Of a stretch of 64,000 nt of DNA, positions 1-13,027 are shown one piece after another. The position numbers and the translations under genes are program-made. The notes under the pieces were generated by a model. That model was not told where the DNA came from. It ran no database searches and worked only from the letters and a program-made list of their open reading frames with translations. Position 1 is the stretch's first letter. Each line of letters starts with the position of its first letter. This DNA is from Octopus sinensis (lineage: Eukaryota), in NCBI RefSeq assembly GCF_006345805.1, contig NC_043007.1, positions 17,484,001 to 17,548,000 on the forward strand, in the 5' to 3' direction.

Positions 1-250
1 AAGGTACATTTTGTTTTTGTTTTTAATCATTACAAGGCCTAGCAGACATTAATTGATTTTATTACTAAGAATAAGACAAAAGCCAAACTAGTATTTCTCA
101 ACCATTTCTTTTATCTATGGACCCCTTTTGATTTCTATTTTAGTCAGGTGTACCCTCATAGCCATTCAACATTATAGTTTTATTATTAAATATTATTAGG
201 GACTGTTTTAAAGAAATTAAAATATTTTGAGTATTGTAGAAGTATAACCG

Positions 251-683
251 ATTTGACGATATTTGTCCTCATCTTGATTCAGCTGATATACCCTCCAGCC
301 TTCATCAGGTGTCTTGGGGAAATTTCGAACCTGGGTTCTCATTCCTAAGGTATTTTTCGATGTTATTATTATTATTATTCAGGTCACTGCCTGGAATCAA
401 ACTCGGAATCTTGGGGTTAGTAGCCTGCGCTCTTAACCACTACACCATATGGCATATGGCATAGTGGTTAAGAGTGCGGGTTACTAACCCCAAGATTCCA
501 AGTTCGATTCCAGGCAGTAACCTGAATAATAATAATAACAATAATAATATAATATAAAAAAATACCTTAGGAATGAGAGCCCAGATTCGAAATTTCCCCA
601 AGACACCTGATGAAGGCTGGAGGGTATATCAGCTGAAACATTGTGTTAACAACAAACAAGATAAGGACAAATATCCGTCAAAT
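251..683. mobile_element. Palindromic head-to-head tRNA-derived SINE pair with Penelope-like tail
   Basis: 251-451 is the reverse complement of about 452-683; each arm has A box (TAGTGGTTAAG), B box (GTTCGATTCC), (AAT)n and a CTGATGA...GAAAC tail; second copy at 34985-35285. Confidence 0.8.
602..647 (+). ncRNA. Minimal type I hammerhead ribozyme motif (Penelope-type), probably degenerate
   Basis: GACAC-CTGATGA-AGGCTG(gagggtatat)CAGCT-GAAA-CATT-GTGTT: stem I GACAC/GTGTT, both core boxes, stem II; stem III minimal and mismatched. Confidence 0.6.
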
Positions 684-1889
684 CTAAATAATATAACTAA
701 TTTATTGCATCTAAATATAAACAAAAAACTCTTACAAGGACCCCCAAAAATCGTGTTGACTCTGGTTGAGAACCACTGACCTAAGCCAAAAATGTAATAC
801 TTCCAATTTTTTTCAGCATTTTTCAGTTCTTTTCAAAACTTTTCATGGTTTATTCACCCCCCCCCCCCAAAAAAAAAAGAAAATTTCATTCTTTTCTATC
901 TGTTAGTCCCATTCGGTTTCTTACTGCTCCACCCCTGACCTCCATTTCAGATTTTTGGGGATTTTAATTTTCTTCAAATTCTTTTCTGTATTTACAGTTT
1001 TTTTTTTGCCATTTCTTTTCTTTTGCTTTTTTTTTTTTTTGTCATTGGAGTGTCCACTTCAGTCCTTTTAATGTCTCACATATCCAATCTTATAATAGTC
1101 CTTTCTAATATAGGCACAAGGCCTGAAATTTGGGGAAAGTCAATTACATCAGCCCCCAGTGTGTAACTGGTACTTATTTCATTGACTCCTAAATGATAAA
1201 AGGCAAAGTCAATCTTGACACAATTTGAACTCAGAACATAAAGACAGATGAAATGCCACTAATCATTTTGGTTGTCATGCTAACGATTCTGCCAGCTAAC
1301 CACTTTATCCACTCTTATAAATTTTGATTTCGAATTTTGGCACACGGCCATCAAATTCAGGAGATGGGGTAAGCTATGTGTAAAATGACAGTGAAAAGAA
1401 AATCAAGTCTAGTGAGAGAGAAAGAAAGGAAAACAGATGGAGAATGTGGATTAAGTGGAGTGAGATTAAATTAAATTAAATGTGTAAGAATGAGGAAAGC
1501 AGAAAGTTAGGAGAGTGAAAGTGAGAAGCGGATTTAAATAATTGGGAGAGGAAGAAGAGTATGACTATTCTCTATCTGTTTTTGAAGTGTACATGAGTAA
1601 ATAAAATGATGACATGATCAATTGGAAATAATTCTGTTCCGGTATTCCTTTGGATAGTTCTTCAAAGTGGATTAGTTCGTGCAACCAACTCATTCTTTTT
1701 GAAGTATGAGTGTTTAAAAAAGACATTTTAAAAATAATCTAATAATGAAGAGTACTTAACAAATTATCAGTTCTATAGACCATTATTTTTCTTCTGTGTG
1801 TGCGTGTGTGTGTGCATGTGTGTATTGTGTATAAATATATATGTGGGTGAAAGAGAAGTTGCAGAGCTGAATTTTAAAAAATATATAGC

Positions 1890-2228
1890 AAGCGTCGCCT
1901 TACTGGCACTTGTGCCGGTGACACGTGAACAAAACATTCGAGCAAGGTCGTTGTTGCCAGTGCCGCTGGACTGACTGCTGTGCTGGTGGCATGTAAAAAA
2001 CACCATCTGGGCGTGGCTGTTGCCAGTACCACCTGACTGGCCCTCGTGCCACTGGCACGTAAAAGCACCCACTACACTCTCGGAGTGGTTGGCGTTAGGA
2101 TAGGCATCCAGTTGTAGAAACTCTGCCAGATCAGATTGGAGCCTGATGCAGCCATCTGGTTCGCCAGTCCTCAATCAAATCGTCCAACCCATGCCAGCAT
2201 GGAAAGCGGACGTTAAATGGTGATGATG
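1890..2228 (+). mobile_element. SINE with Meta-like domain, internal ~60-bp tandem units and (ATG)n tail (family C)
   Basis: GGTTGGCGTTAGGA(A/T)GGCATCCAG(C/T)TGTAGAAA core and CCCATGCTAGCATGGAAAGCGGACGTTAAA(TGA)n tail shared by many copies in the window. Confidence 0.8.
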
Positions 2229-2932
2229 TGCAAGATTGTGTGTGTCTTAGTTCCTCTTGCTCCTCATGGAGCATCGGCAAAAGATCTTCCACCTAGCACA
2301 GTCACCTGCCTTGTCATGAGCCTGCCCTTCAGGTAGGCCAAGCCCATATCTCTTAGGTTCTTCCCCCTCCTTGGATCTCAGCAACTCTTCCTCACTTTGC
2401 AACAATATTCTCTCTAATGAACTCTGTCAGAACAAGAAATACTAATTCTTTAAAAGCTGACATTGTAAAAGATCCCTTATAAAGCAATCTATTAGTAAAA
2501 ATGCTATGGAATAAACTATGGACATTACATTAAGCTCTTTACTCCTTATGAAACATAGTGGTTCTCAACTGGGGCTCATATTACCCTTGGCAGTCCATAT
2601 AACCTTGGTGGTGGCAGTGGTTGACACAAGCAGACTAGTAAATGAGGAGCCACAGTAGTATATTAAAGGTCCCATGAAAAAAAGTTTGTCTTAAACATAT
2701 TTATTGCAAGAAACGGTTAGATTTCTTTTTCTAATGTTTTTACATCGTTCAAACTACACAAGTGAATGGGTGAAAAACAAAATACAAATTCTGAGAGAAA
2801 TCTCTATAAAACTAGTTTTAAACATCGAATGGCTACGGGAGTCCACTAAAATGAAATAGTAATCAAAGGGGTCCATAGATTAAAAATGTGGTTGTGGACC
2901 TCTGCTCTACATGGTAAACCATTGTATGTAGT

Positions 2933-3165
2933 AAGGTGGCGAACTGGCAGAAACATTAGCAAGCCGGGCGAAATGTGTAGCCGTATTTCGTCTGCCGTTA
3001 CGTTCTGGGTTCAAATTCCGCCGAGGTCGACTTTGCCTTTCATCCTTTCGGGGTCGATTAAATAAGTACCAGTTATGCACTGGGGTCGATGTAATCGACT
3101 TAATCCGTTTGTTTGTCCTTGTTTGTCCTCTCTGTGTTTAGCCCCCTGTGGGTAGTAAAGAAATA
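2933..3165 (+). mobile_element. tRNA-derived SINE with Nin/Deu-like domain (family A)
   Basis: GCCTTTCATCCTTTCGGGGTCGAT..AAGTACCAG core; flanking duplication CATTGTATGTAGTA. Confidence 0.85.
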
Positions 3166-4164
3166 CATTGTATGTAGTATGTACAATATCATTAGAGGCC
3201 GAGCTACAGAATCCCCTAATCAAGGGTTTTAAACTCTGTCTCTTCTTAGATATTCGCTTAATTACATTCATGTCATAAACCAACTCAAGTACAGCTTACC
3301 GAGGCTACACTGCTACTACTACAACTACTACAACTACTATTACTACCACCACCATTATCACTACTACTACTACCATTGAAGTCCTTCGTTGTATTATGCT
3401 TACATTTCGATCACCCCGTATGTTTACATGCATCAATATTGATTTTTAATTAATTTTTTTTTTAGTATACATTATATTTTACTTGGCACAGTGACCAATT
3501 TGAATAAGAGGAGGAGGGAACGGCTGTATGGCATGATTGACTGAGACTTTGTATAATTAACAAGTAATTTTTAGTTTATCAAGCTATTACTAACAATGAA
3601 CAAGAAAGAAGGAAAGATAGAAAAATTCATGAAAATAATAATGTAACCTTTAATGGCTTTTGAACTCAGATGCGTTAAACACCAAAGCATAAATTGTTGA
3701 TATTCTTAAACGAATATTCATATATTAATAATGGTTTTCTCAAATTGGCATAAAGCCAAGAATTTTTAATGGAGAAAAGTATAAACTGATTGAATATGGC
3801 CTAGTATATATGTTAGATACTAAATTTATTGACCCTTGAAAGATAAAAGACAAGTCCATCTTCCACGGGATTTGAACTCAGAGTATAAAGAGATAAATTT
3901 GAATGCTGTAAGATATTTAGGAGCGGGTTGTGTTGCTTCTGTCATTCCATTAACCTTTGTGCGTAATTACATCAGTATTTCTACACAGTGTAAGCATGGC
4001 TGTGTGGTAAGAAGTCTGCTTCCCAACCACATGGTTCCAGGTTCAGTCCCACTGCATGGCACCTTGGGAGAATGTCTTTTACTGTAGCCTCAGGCCTACC
4101 AAAGCCTTATGAGTGGATTTGATGGACGGAACTGAAAGAAGCCCATCATGTATATATGTATATG

Positions 4165-4555
4165 TGCAGGAGTGGCTGTGTGGTAAGTAGCTTGCTTACG
4201 AACCACATGGTTCCGGGTTCAGTCCCACTGCTTGGAACCTTAGACAAGTGTCTTCTACTATAGCCTCGGGCCGACCAAAGCCTTGTGAGTAGATTTGGTA
4301 GACGGAAACTGAAAGAAGCCTGTCGTATATATGTATACATATATGTGTATGTTTGTGTGTCTGTGTTTGTCCCCCCAACATCGCTTGACAACTGATGCTG
4401 GTGTGTTTACGTCCCCATAACTTAGCAGTTTGGCAAGAGAAACTGATAGAATAAGCACTAGGCTTACAAAGAATAAGTCCTGGGGTTGATTTGGTCGACT
4501 AAAGGCAGTACTCCAGCATGGCCACAGTCAAATGACTGAAACAAATAAAAAGAAA
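4165..4555 (+). mobile_element. tRNA-derived SINE (family B, CORE-like block), within a cluster of copies spanning 3993-5385
   Basis: GGAGTGGCTGTGTGGTAAG head, GGTTCAGTCCC B box, internal (TA/TG)n, ACTGAAACAA tail; over ten copies in the window. Confidence 0.85.
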
Positions 4556-4928
4556 AAAAATGTGTCTATGTTTGTGTTTCCCCCACCTCTACCTCTACCA
4601 CTTGACAACTGGTGTTGGTGTGTTTACATCCCTGTGAGTTAGCAGTTCAGCAAAAGAGACTAATGGAATAAGTACCAGGGTTTTACAGAAATAAGTTGTA
4701 GGATCAAATCGTTTGACTAAAATTGGTGGTGCCCCAGTATGACCACAGTCTATTGACTGAAACAAGTAAAAGATAAGATCATGGCTGTTTGGTTAAGAAG
4801 GTTACTTCTCAAGCATGTGGTCTTAGGTTCAACCCTACTGCATGAGTGCAAGTGTCTTATACTATAGCCCTAGGCTGACTAAAGCCTTACAAGTGGATGA
4901 TATAGTAGAAAAAAAGCCCATTATATAT

Positions 4929-4963
<35 letters not shown>

Positions 4964-5112
4964 CTTCTTCATATCACGTGATGATTGTAAACAAGCATCA
5001 TCATCACTCTTCCATGAAAAACATGTCTGGCCATGGGGAAATATTACTCTGTCTAGAAACAGGCAAGAGTTGGTGATAGTAAGGGCACCCAGCTGTAGAA
5101 AATCTGCCTTAA

Positions 5113-5327
5113 CCCTTTCATTACCAACCCGGCTGAAACTGGCTCTGGCTCTGTAGTACAATGTCTTGTTTTCATAAGTTTTGAATTAAAATCTTCCACC
5201 AAGTCACAATTTATGTTCCTAACACTAGCTGAATGATAACTAAGTTAATTTACTAAATTCTTTGTTTATATTTAAAGTAATTGAAAGAAACACAGAGCAT
5301 CTCAACAGAAATTCAGAAATGAAAGGG
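5113..5327. mobile_element. piggyBac-like MITE nested in a SINE tail
   Basis: TTAA|CCCTTTCATT...AATGAAAGGG|TTAA; near-identical copy at 8883-9102. Confidence 0.85.
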
Positions 5328-5794
5328 TTAACAAATTCATCTGATCCATGCGAGCATGGAAAAGTGGACGTTCAATGCAATGGTGATGGCAGTAGTTAGT
5401 GGTTGTTTAACTCCAGGTCAGCACTGGTTGAGATAGTGATGTGTGACCCACAGAAGCATTACTCAAGTTATTCTACCCCTCCTCTCAGTTGAGAATCATG
5501 TGATGTACTCAAATTATGGTTTATTGTATAAATATACAGTGGTAGTCTGAACTTTTTTTTGTTTTCTTTTCACCACTGTCTAGACTGAAATAGGAATAAC
5601 AAAATTTCCTCCTTTCATGCCCATGTGGTCTTTCGTTTTCTTTTAAGTTCCAGAGTGCGGGACCATGTTCATTGATTTACTGTTAACCTTCTATTGATAA
5701 ATTTTTCTTCACACACACACACACATGTAATGTTTGTGATGACCTGTTGAGCAAGAAAATAGTACCAACTGCAAAATGTAGAATTATTACACAC

Positions 5795-6262
5795 TTCCGT
5801 GCCAGTGGCACATAAAAGGCACCATTCGAGCGTGATCGTTACCAGCGTTGCCTTACTGGCACTTGTGCCTGTGCTAGTAGGGTGCCAAGAGCACCATCCG
5901 AGTGTGATCGTTGCCAGAGCAGCCAACTGGCTTCCATACCCGTGGCACGTAAAAGGGCACCATTCGAGTGTGATCGTTACCAACGTCGCCTTACTGGCAC
6001 CTGTGCTGGTGGCATGTGTAAAAAGATTCGAGTGAGGTCGTTGCCAGTACCACCTGACTGACCCCCGTGCCGGTGGCATGTAAAAAGCACCCACTACACT
6101 CTTGGAGTGTTTCGCATTAGGAAGGGCATCCAGCTGTAGAAACTCTGCCAGATCAAGATTGGAGCCTGGTGCAGCCATCTGGTTCGCCAGACCTCAGTCA
6201 AAATCGTCCAACCCATGCTAGCATGGAAAGCAGACGTTAAACGATGATGATGATGATGATGA
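5795..6262 (+). mobile_element. Family C (Meta-like) SINE with expanded internal tandem repeats
   Basis: Repeated CACCATTCGAG.GTGATCGTT.CCAG units followed by the family C tail and (GAT)n. Confidence 0.8.
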
Positions 6263-6700
6263 CACATTCATTCACCTTGCTGTTGAAGATGATTTTGTAG
6301 CAAATCTTTATAACTGCTTGATTTACCAATGGTTAACTATTTAGCTGTGAAGTTGAGGAGAAATTTACAGTTTCAACTATAATCAGTGATTCTAAAATTT
6401 GTATGACTTCCATGAGCGAATGGAGAATGGTTAAAGAAGGTATAGGTGGCACTGTCCCAGATACCTGAGTCTTATTTGAGCTATTGATTCTCCAGCTTAT
6501 AATCTAACACCAATTCTTTACCACAGTCCAATGAATGTGCAAAAGGCGAAAAGGAAAGAAACTATACCACCACCACCACCACCACTACTACTACTACTGC
6601 AACAACAACAACAAACACACATCATCACATATATATTTTTATTCATATTTCTTATTTGTCTCATCTTTTATATCTTTTCTTTGTTTTGTTGAATTTTCAG

Positions 6701-6817
6701 ATTAAGAAAAAACTTGGGCATGGTGCTCGTGTTTCTATGCAAATTCTAAAAGAAGCTTTCATAATTGGCTTTACACCTCCGGCTCCTTGTCTCTATTTAA
6801 CAGGACCCTAGACAAAG
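6701..6817 (+). CDS. Candidate exon of an unidentified upstream gene
   Basis: Strong polypyrimidine acceptor (TTGAATTTTCAG), non-repetitive; phase-0 frame IKKKLGHGARVSMQILKEAFIIGFTPPAPCLYLTGP* (TAG 6809-6811); weak donor AAG|GTTTCA after 6817. Confidence 0.4.
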
Positions 6818-7227
6818 GTTTCAATTCTATATTCTCTTCCTATTACCCGCTGCCTGTCTCTTAATTCAACCACCCTGCAAATTTTCTGTCTTGCATCTTG
6901 AATGCATGTCTAAAAATATTCAAAGATGACAAATGAATGTTGCTTGTCATTGTTTTCCCCTTTGTATTTGAAATTCAGTAGTATTAATTAATCTTCTGTG
7001 TTAATTAAAATTAATTGATATCATTACAAATTTACATTTTAACATTAGTACACCCATCACATACTAATATACATTCATTAACGACCTATATGTGTTTTGT
7101 GATATTAGTTAAAAATGTATTAATATAATATGCATTTACATGTACTAAACACAGATCAATAACTTACAGACGTAGATTGTTAAACAGTAGATGAAGTGTT
7201 GTTAGATATGTAAAAGCTCTCTCTCTC

Positions 7228-7411
7228 TAACCGCTCAGTCGAAGTCGACTCTCGGTCACTCGTTGGATCAGTGTCCTCCAGTCAGTTCTATCCTGGGCCA
7301 CTTCCTTCAGACTAGCCATGTCCATTCCGGTATCACTCTTGATGATGTCAAGCCAGCGGGTTCTTGGTCAGCCTCTTCCTCTCTTGCCACTGACCATTCC
7401 GAGCATGATAT
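7228..7411 (-). mobile_element. RTE-clade LINE 3' end
   Basis: Minus strand reads IMLGMVSGKRGRG*PRTRWLDIIKSDTGMDMASLKEVAQDRTDWRTLIQRVTESRLRLSG*, the typical RTE C-terminus, then an (AG)n tail. Confidence 0.8.
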
Positions 7412-8124
7412 ACACACACACACATATACATTTTAGGATTTCGCTTACTTACAATGGTACCAATTACTAGGTGTTAGAACTCAATATGTGTAAGGACTGG
7501 CAGTGAGAAAGTCAATTGTTAAATTTTTCTCTGCTCTGGACTCTCGTAGAAACCAGCAAGTAAGCTGGCAGAATTGTTAGCACGCTGGGCAAAATGCTAA
7601 GCAGCATTTCATGTCATTACTGTCTGAGTTCAAATTCTGCCGAGGTCAACTTTGCCTTTCAAGTTCTCGGGGTTGATAAAGTGTCAGGTATAAACTGGGG
7701 TCAATGTAATCGGCTAGCCCCCTCACCCCAAAATTTAAAGTCTTGTGCCTATAGTAGAAAGGATTATTATTATTATTATATTATTATTATTATTATTAAG
7801 TGAAGGCACATGACCTAGTGGTTAGGGTGTTGCACTTGTGATTGCTAGATCATGGGTTCAATTCCTGGACCAAGCAGTGCACTGTGTTCTTGAGTAAAAC
7901 ACTTAATTTCATGTTGCTTTGCGATCATTTCAACATCTGACGTGTGCCACACTTGTGCACCTGTACAGGTAATGTTAATTTGATGGAGGGAGTCAGCTAA
8001 TGTACACCACATACATTTGGTCCCTATGAACAAATCATTTATGCAAGTTGTTCCACAAAAGCTGAACACTTATGTCATCTTCAAGGGGAGAGTCCATTAT
8101 TATTAATAATAATAGTAATAATAA

Positions 8125-8527
8125 TCCTTTCTACTGGAAGCAGCACATGGCCTCAAATTTGGGGGAAAGGATTAAGTTGATTACATTGATCCCCAGTGCG
8201 TAACTGGTACTTGTTTAATCAACCTCAAAGGGATGATAGGCAAAGTCAATCCTGGCGGAATTTGAACTCGGAACATAGCGGCAGATGAAATACCTATTTC
8301 TTTACTACCCACAAGGGGCTAAACACAGAGGGGACAAACAAGGACAGACAAACGGATTAAGTTGATTATATCAACCCCAGTGCGTAACTGGTACTTATTT
8401 AATCGACCCTGAAAGGATGAAAGGCAAAGTCGACCTCGGCGGAATTTGAACTCAGAATGTAGTGGCAGACAAAATACCGTTAAGCATTTCGCCCGGCACC
8501 CTAATGATTCTGCCAGCTTGCCACTTT
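8125..8527 (-). mobile_element. Dimeric family A SINE
   Basis: One head and two bodies with junction AAAGAAATAGGTATTTC on the minus strand. Confidence 0.75.
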
Positions 8528-8882
8528 AATAATAGTAATAATAATAATAATAATATTTGCTACTATTAAGGTGGGGGATAGAATTGTTTTCTCATCAGAC
8601 AAAATGATTAGTAGCAGTTCACCTGTACTTACATTCTCAGTTTAAATTCTGTCTAGGTCACCTTTGCCTTTCATCCTTTCAGAGTTGATAAAATAAAGTA
8701 CCAGTTAAGTACCAGGGTCAATGTAATCAACTAGACTCCTTCCTTCAAAATTGCTGACCTTGTGCCAAAATAAGAAAGGATTATATTTGCTACAAGAGTA
8801 ATGCTTTACCATATTCCTAAAATGGACTCAGCAATCTAATCTCTATATAGTTTTACTGAATAATTTCCTGGCAAATCTTTAA

Positions 8883-9102
8883 CCCTTTTGTTACCAACCT
8901 GGCTGAAACCACCTCTGGCTCTGAGTACAAATGTCTTGTTTTCATAAGTTTGGAATTAAAATCTTCCACCAAACCTTAGTCACAATTTATGTTCCTAACA
9001 CTAGCTTAATAATAACTAAGTTATTTTACTAAATTCTTCATTATATTTAAAGTAATTGAAAACAACACAGAGCATCTCAAAATAAATACAGTAACGAAAG
9101 GG
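8883..9102. mobile_element. piggyBac-like MITE
   Basis: TTAA|CCCTTTTGTTAC...GTAACGAAAGGG|TTAA. Confidence 0.85.
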
Positions 9103-10418
9103 TTAATCTATTTTGCAATTGTAGCTTAAGAACAGATAAGAATACTGATTCCTAAGTTCAATGCCATTATAAATTTCTGTTTTTTAACTTATGTTAGCCA
9201 AAGGAGAAGAGCTGGGCTGGAATTATGACCATTCCGTGCTGTTTCTCTTAGACTGGTGAGATTAATGTAGGTGATGAACAATCTGAATATCCGTAGATCA
9301 TTGAGTATAGGGGAAATTTAAGCAAGAAGGGAACCAAAGATCTGGTCTAAGGACTCTATAACAGAGCTCTGCTAAAGGCACTCAAGGACCAGTTGGTGGT
9401 GTTGGAGGTAGTGGTGGTGGTATGGTCAGTTCTGAATGAGCAGACTTATGATTAGAAATATACCTGTTAAGATTATTTAGCCTTTCTTATAAATATGTGG
9501 GATGCTATATTATCTGGTGTGTCCTTTTTTATTTAAAACATTAGTACGTAATTTCAAGGATATTTGACTGCCATTTCTACCAGGTTGAACAACCACATAG
9601 AGGCTCACTCATTGTCTTTTTATGGTGGGTATTAAAAGTAGATGAAGAGTTAGGACTATCAGATCAAAGTAAAAATGGAAAGAAAAGGCCATGATGCGAT
9701 ATGGATATGAAGAAACTGAAAAAAAATGGTAAAACTGTAAATTAGATAGAAACATAAACTATAAAGTTAACGATGTGATTTCACTAAATTAATAACTAGT
9801 CTCAAAATTTAGGGACTTATAGCTTGATTCTTCTCACTGATAAACAAACATCTAAAGTAATGATAACATTAAAGTTCTCTCTAGAATGGTCTTATTAATC
9901 TAATTAATTAAACTGGTTATATTAATACAACATGCTTAGAACCTTAACTAATTATATCTATGAGGTCTCTAACATATTTAAATAGTAATTTCACTAATGA
10001 CATATGGCTTGATTGATTTCACTGACTGTACTGGTTTAACTCCTAATCATGTGACTTTAATTAACATCCCCTAATAAAACTGTACTAAATCCTTTAAACT
10101 TGTGTAATTTCATTAATTTTTATTATTACTATTAATATTTTTTCTTATCAATATTTGCTTTTTGTATCATTGCTTTGTTCAATATCACTATTTGCATGTT
10201 TGATATCATCACCTGCTTGATACTATAATTTACCAGTTAGCCAGATATAATTTGTTTGCTTGATCTTGGTATGCTGCCTGTCTGATATTATTGCTTGGTG
10301 CATGTGATATTATCATGTGTCAGCTTGATACTGTTTTCTGCCTCTTTGATGTTAATATTTATCATTTTTACATTGTCATTTTTCAGCTTGATTACTAGTC
10401 TTAAAGACTAGTATCACT

Positions 10419-10448
10419 TATATATGTATATGTATGTATGTATGTATG

Positions 10449-10480
<32 letters not shown>

Positions 10481-10797
10481 TGTATGTGTGTATGTATGTA
10501 TGTATATATATGTATATGTATGTGTGTGTATGTATGTATGTATGTATATATATATGTATATGTATGTATGTATATGTATGTATGTATGTATATATACATG
10601 TATGTATGTATATGTATGTACGTATATATACATGTATGTATGTATGTATATATACATGTATGTATATATACATGTATGTATATATACATGTATGTATGTA
10701 TATGTATGTATGTATATATACATATATGTATGTATATATACATATATGTATGTATATATACATATATGTATATATATGTATGTATATATGTATATGT
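10419..10797. repeat. Compound (TATG)n/(TA)n microsatellite
   Basis: Directly visible low-complexity array. Confidence 0.95.
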
Positions 10798-10885
10798 TTG
10801 TTGATTATTTGATATCTTTTGCTTAAAAGTTATATATTAATTTTTGTATTATTGATATCCATCATTTCATTTGTGTATGTAAGAT

Positions 10886-10922
<37 letters not shown>

Positions 10923-12096
10923 TGGTATTGATCTGGTAAGTCTTCATGGTCCAATTTTGATTTCTTACTTCAATAGTTTCACTCACTAGCCTAATATTTT
11001 GGGAAAATGTACAAATGCTGTGTGGGTGGACAGGTGGGTTTGAGTGATTGAAGAAATCCAGGTGAATACGGCACTCAGTACTCACTGTGAAAATTAAAAA
11101 AATTTTTAAATGCACCTGTGTAACAGAGTGTCAATTAAAGAATATAGGAATCTGAATTGGCCAAATCTACCAAGCAATCCATATGAACTGTAAATCCAAG
11201 GTTATTCAACAATTGATTGGTTAGGGAATTAATCACAGAGTATAGTTGGAATTAAACAAAAAAATATATAAACCTAATCTTCATATTTTTGTCTGATTTT
11301 TTTTGTATGTCCTTTTGCTTTTTTTTTTTCCCCCAAGCTGACTTGGGTTGGTCAGTTGTCACAGCATGTTACGACTTGTCTAGGTTCTTCATTAATGTAT
11401 CTCAAGTATTTTTCACAATTTCTTTCTGATATGTTTGTTTTATGCCAGGATGACAAATTGTGAGTCACTGATAAGTAAGTACCATCGTGAGTCCTAGGAT
11501 TCATAGGGCTAGTCATCCACTTTCATGGCAATATCAGTGACTGAGATCACAATATTCTCCCTGAACAGGATTCCAGTCTGTTACCCTGAACAGAATGCCA
11601 GGCTGTCATATGGAGCAATATGATATGAAGTGTTTTGCTCAAGAATACAATCCGGCTCCCAGTACAGGAATCAAAACCACAATTGCAAGATCACGAGTGT
11701 AACACACTAACTACAAGGTCATATGCTTTTATGAGTCATTGATGATAACGATTATTTTATTAGTAAATTTTTGGCATTTAAAGTCAAACATTTAAAGCCA
11801 AACATGAGAAAATCTATTGAAATCGTGACATTTAGAGAGAGAATTCTTTGAGCTAGTTCTGTTTTTTGGGTATCATGCTATTTCAGGAAGATATCTTGAT
11901 ATTGTAATCAAGATAAGAAAAGCAAATAATTTAGAGAAAAAGAAAAATGTGTGATTTTAGTAGATTCAGTAAAAGGCATAAAAACGTATAGTAAAAATAT
12001 GTGGCTAAAACAATGACAACAAATCTGGTTCTGTACTTCAGTATAAACCTTGATTGGTGCTTTGGTACAAACCTGGCATGGTGTTTTTGTACAAAT

Positions 12097-12475
12097 CTGC
12101 TTGCTTACGAACCACATGGTTTCGGGTTCAGTCCCACTGTGTGGCACCTTGGGCTAATGTCTTCTACTATAGCCTCGGGCCGACCAAAGCCTTGTGAGTG
12201 GATTTGGTTGACGGAAACTGAGAAGAAGCCCATCGTATATATGTATATATAAGAATGTATGTTTGTGTGTCTGTGTTTGTCCCTCCCCAACATCCCTTGA
12301 CAACCAATGGTGGTGTGTTTACGTCCCCGTAACTTAGCGGTTCAGCAAAAGAGGCCAATGAAATAAGTACTAGGTTTCCAAAGAATAAGTCCTGGGGTCG
12401 ACTTGCTCGACTAAAGGCGGTGTTCCAGCATGGCCACAGTCAAATGACTGAAACAAGTAAAATAGTAAAAAGAGA
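12097..12475 (+). mobile_element. Family B SINE, 5' truncated
   Basis: Matches 4165-4555 from GCTTGCTTACGAACC to the tail. Confidence 0.85.
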
Positions 12476-12566
12476 AAGTATGTGATTAGGTACAAATTTG
12501 ACTGTTTTCATACAAATCTAGTTCCTATAACTCCATGTGGAGCACAGGGCACCAACAAGAGATTGC

Positions 12567-13027
12567 TAACTGGCAGAAGCATTAGTACGCCGGGTGAAAT
12601 GCTTAGTGGTGTTTCGTCTGCCGCTACGTTCTGAGTTCAAATTCCACCGAGGTCGACTTTGCCTTTCATCCTTTCGGGGTTGATTAAATAAGTACTAGTT
12701 ATGCACTGGGGTCGATGTAATCGACTTAATCCCTTTGTCTGTCCTTGTTTGTCCCCTCTATGTTTAGCCCCTTGTGGGCAATAAAGAAACAAGAGATTGC
12801 GAGCTGGCAGAAGCATTAGTACGCCAGGCAAAATGCTTAGCGGTATTTCGTCTGCCGCTACGTTCTGAGTTCAAATTCCACCGAGGTCGACTTTGCCTTT
12901 CATCCTTTCGGAGTCGATTAAATAAGTACCAGTTATGCACTGGGGTCAATGTAATACACTTAATCCCTTTGTCTGTCCTTGTTTGTCCCCTCTGTGTGTA
13001 GCCCCTTCTGGGTAGTAAAGAAATAAG
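12567..13027 (+). mobile_element. Two tandem family A SINEs inserted in an RTE-like 3' fragment
   Basis: Two full copies separated and flanked by AACAAGAGATTGC; host on the minus strand reads ..QGRHKHRPKPTWKRSTE.. Confidence 0.8.

Larger units (their letters stand above)
89..778. mobile_element. hAT-like MITE (CAGTGGTTCTCAAC-type TIR) hosting a palindromic SINE
   Basis: Left end TAGTATTTCTCAACC, right end GGTTGAGAACCACTG; related copies at about 2557-2904, 24848-25082 and 39646-40279; no clean TSD seen. Confidence 0.55.

Noticed and set aside
1657-1703. Possible short exon (GATAG|TTC...GAA|GTATGA)
   Set aside because: Weak splice signals and no recognisable peptide
5795-6090. Regularly spaced repeats resembling a CRISPR array
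   Set aside because: Whole units are similar with no unique spacers, they are internal SINE repeats, the DNA is eukaryotic and no cas genes are present
10401-10826. Six overlapping 100-130 aa ORFs (MYVC/HTYI repeats)
   Set aside because: Stop-free translation of a (TATG)n/(TA)n microsatellite
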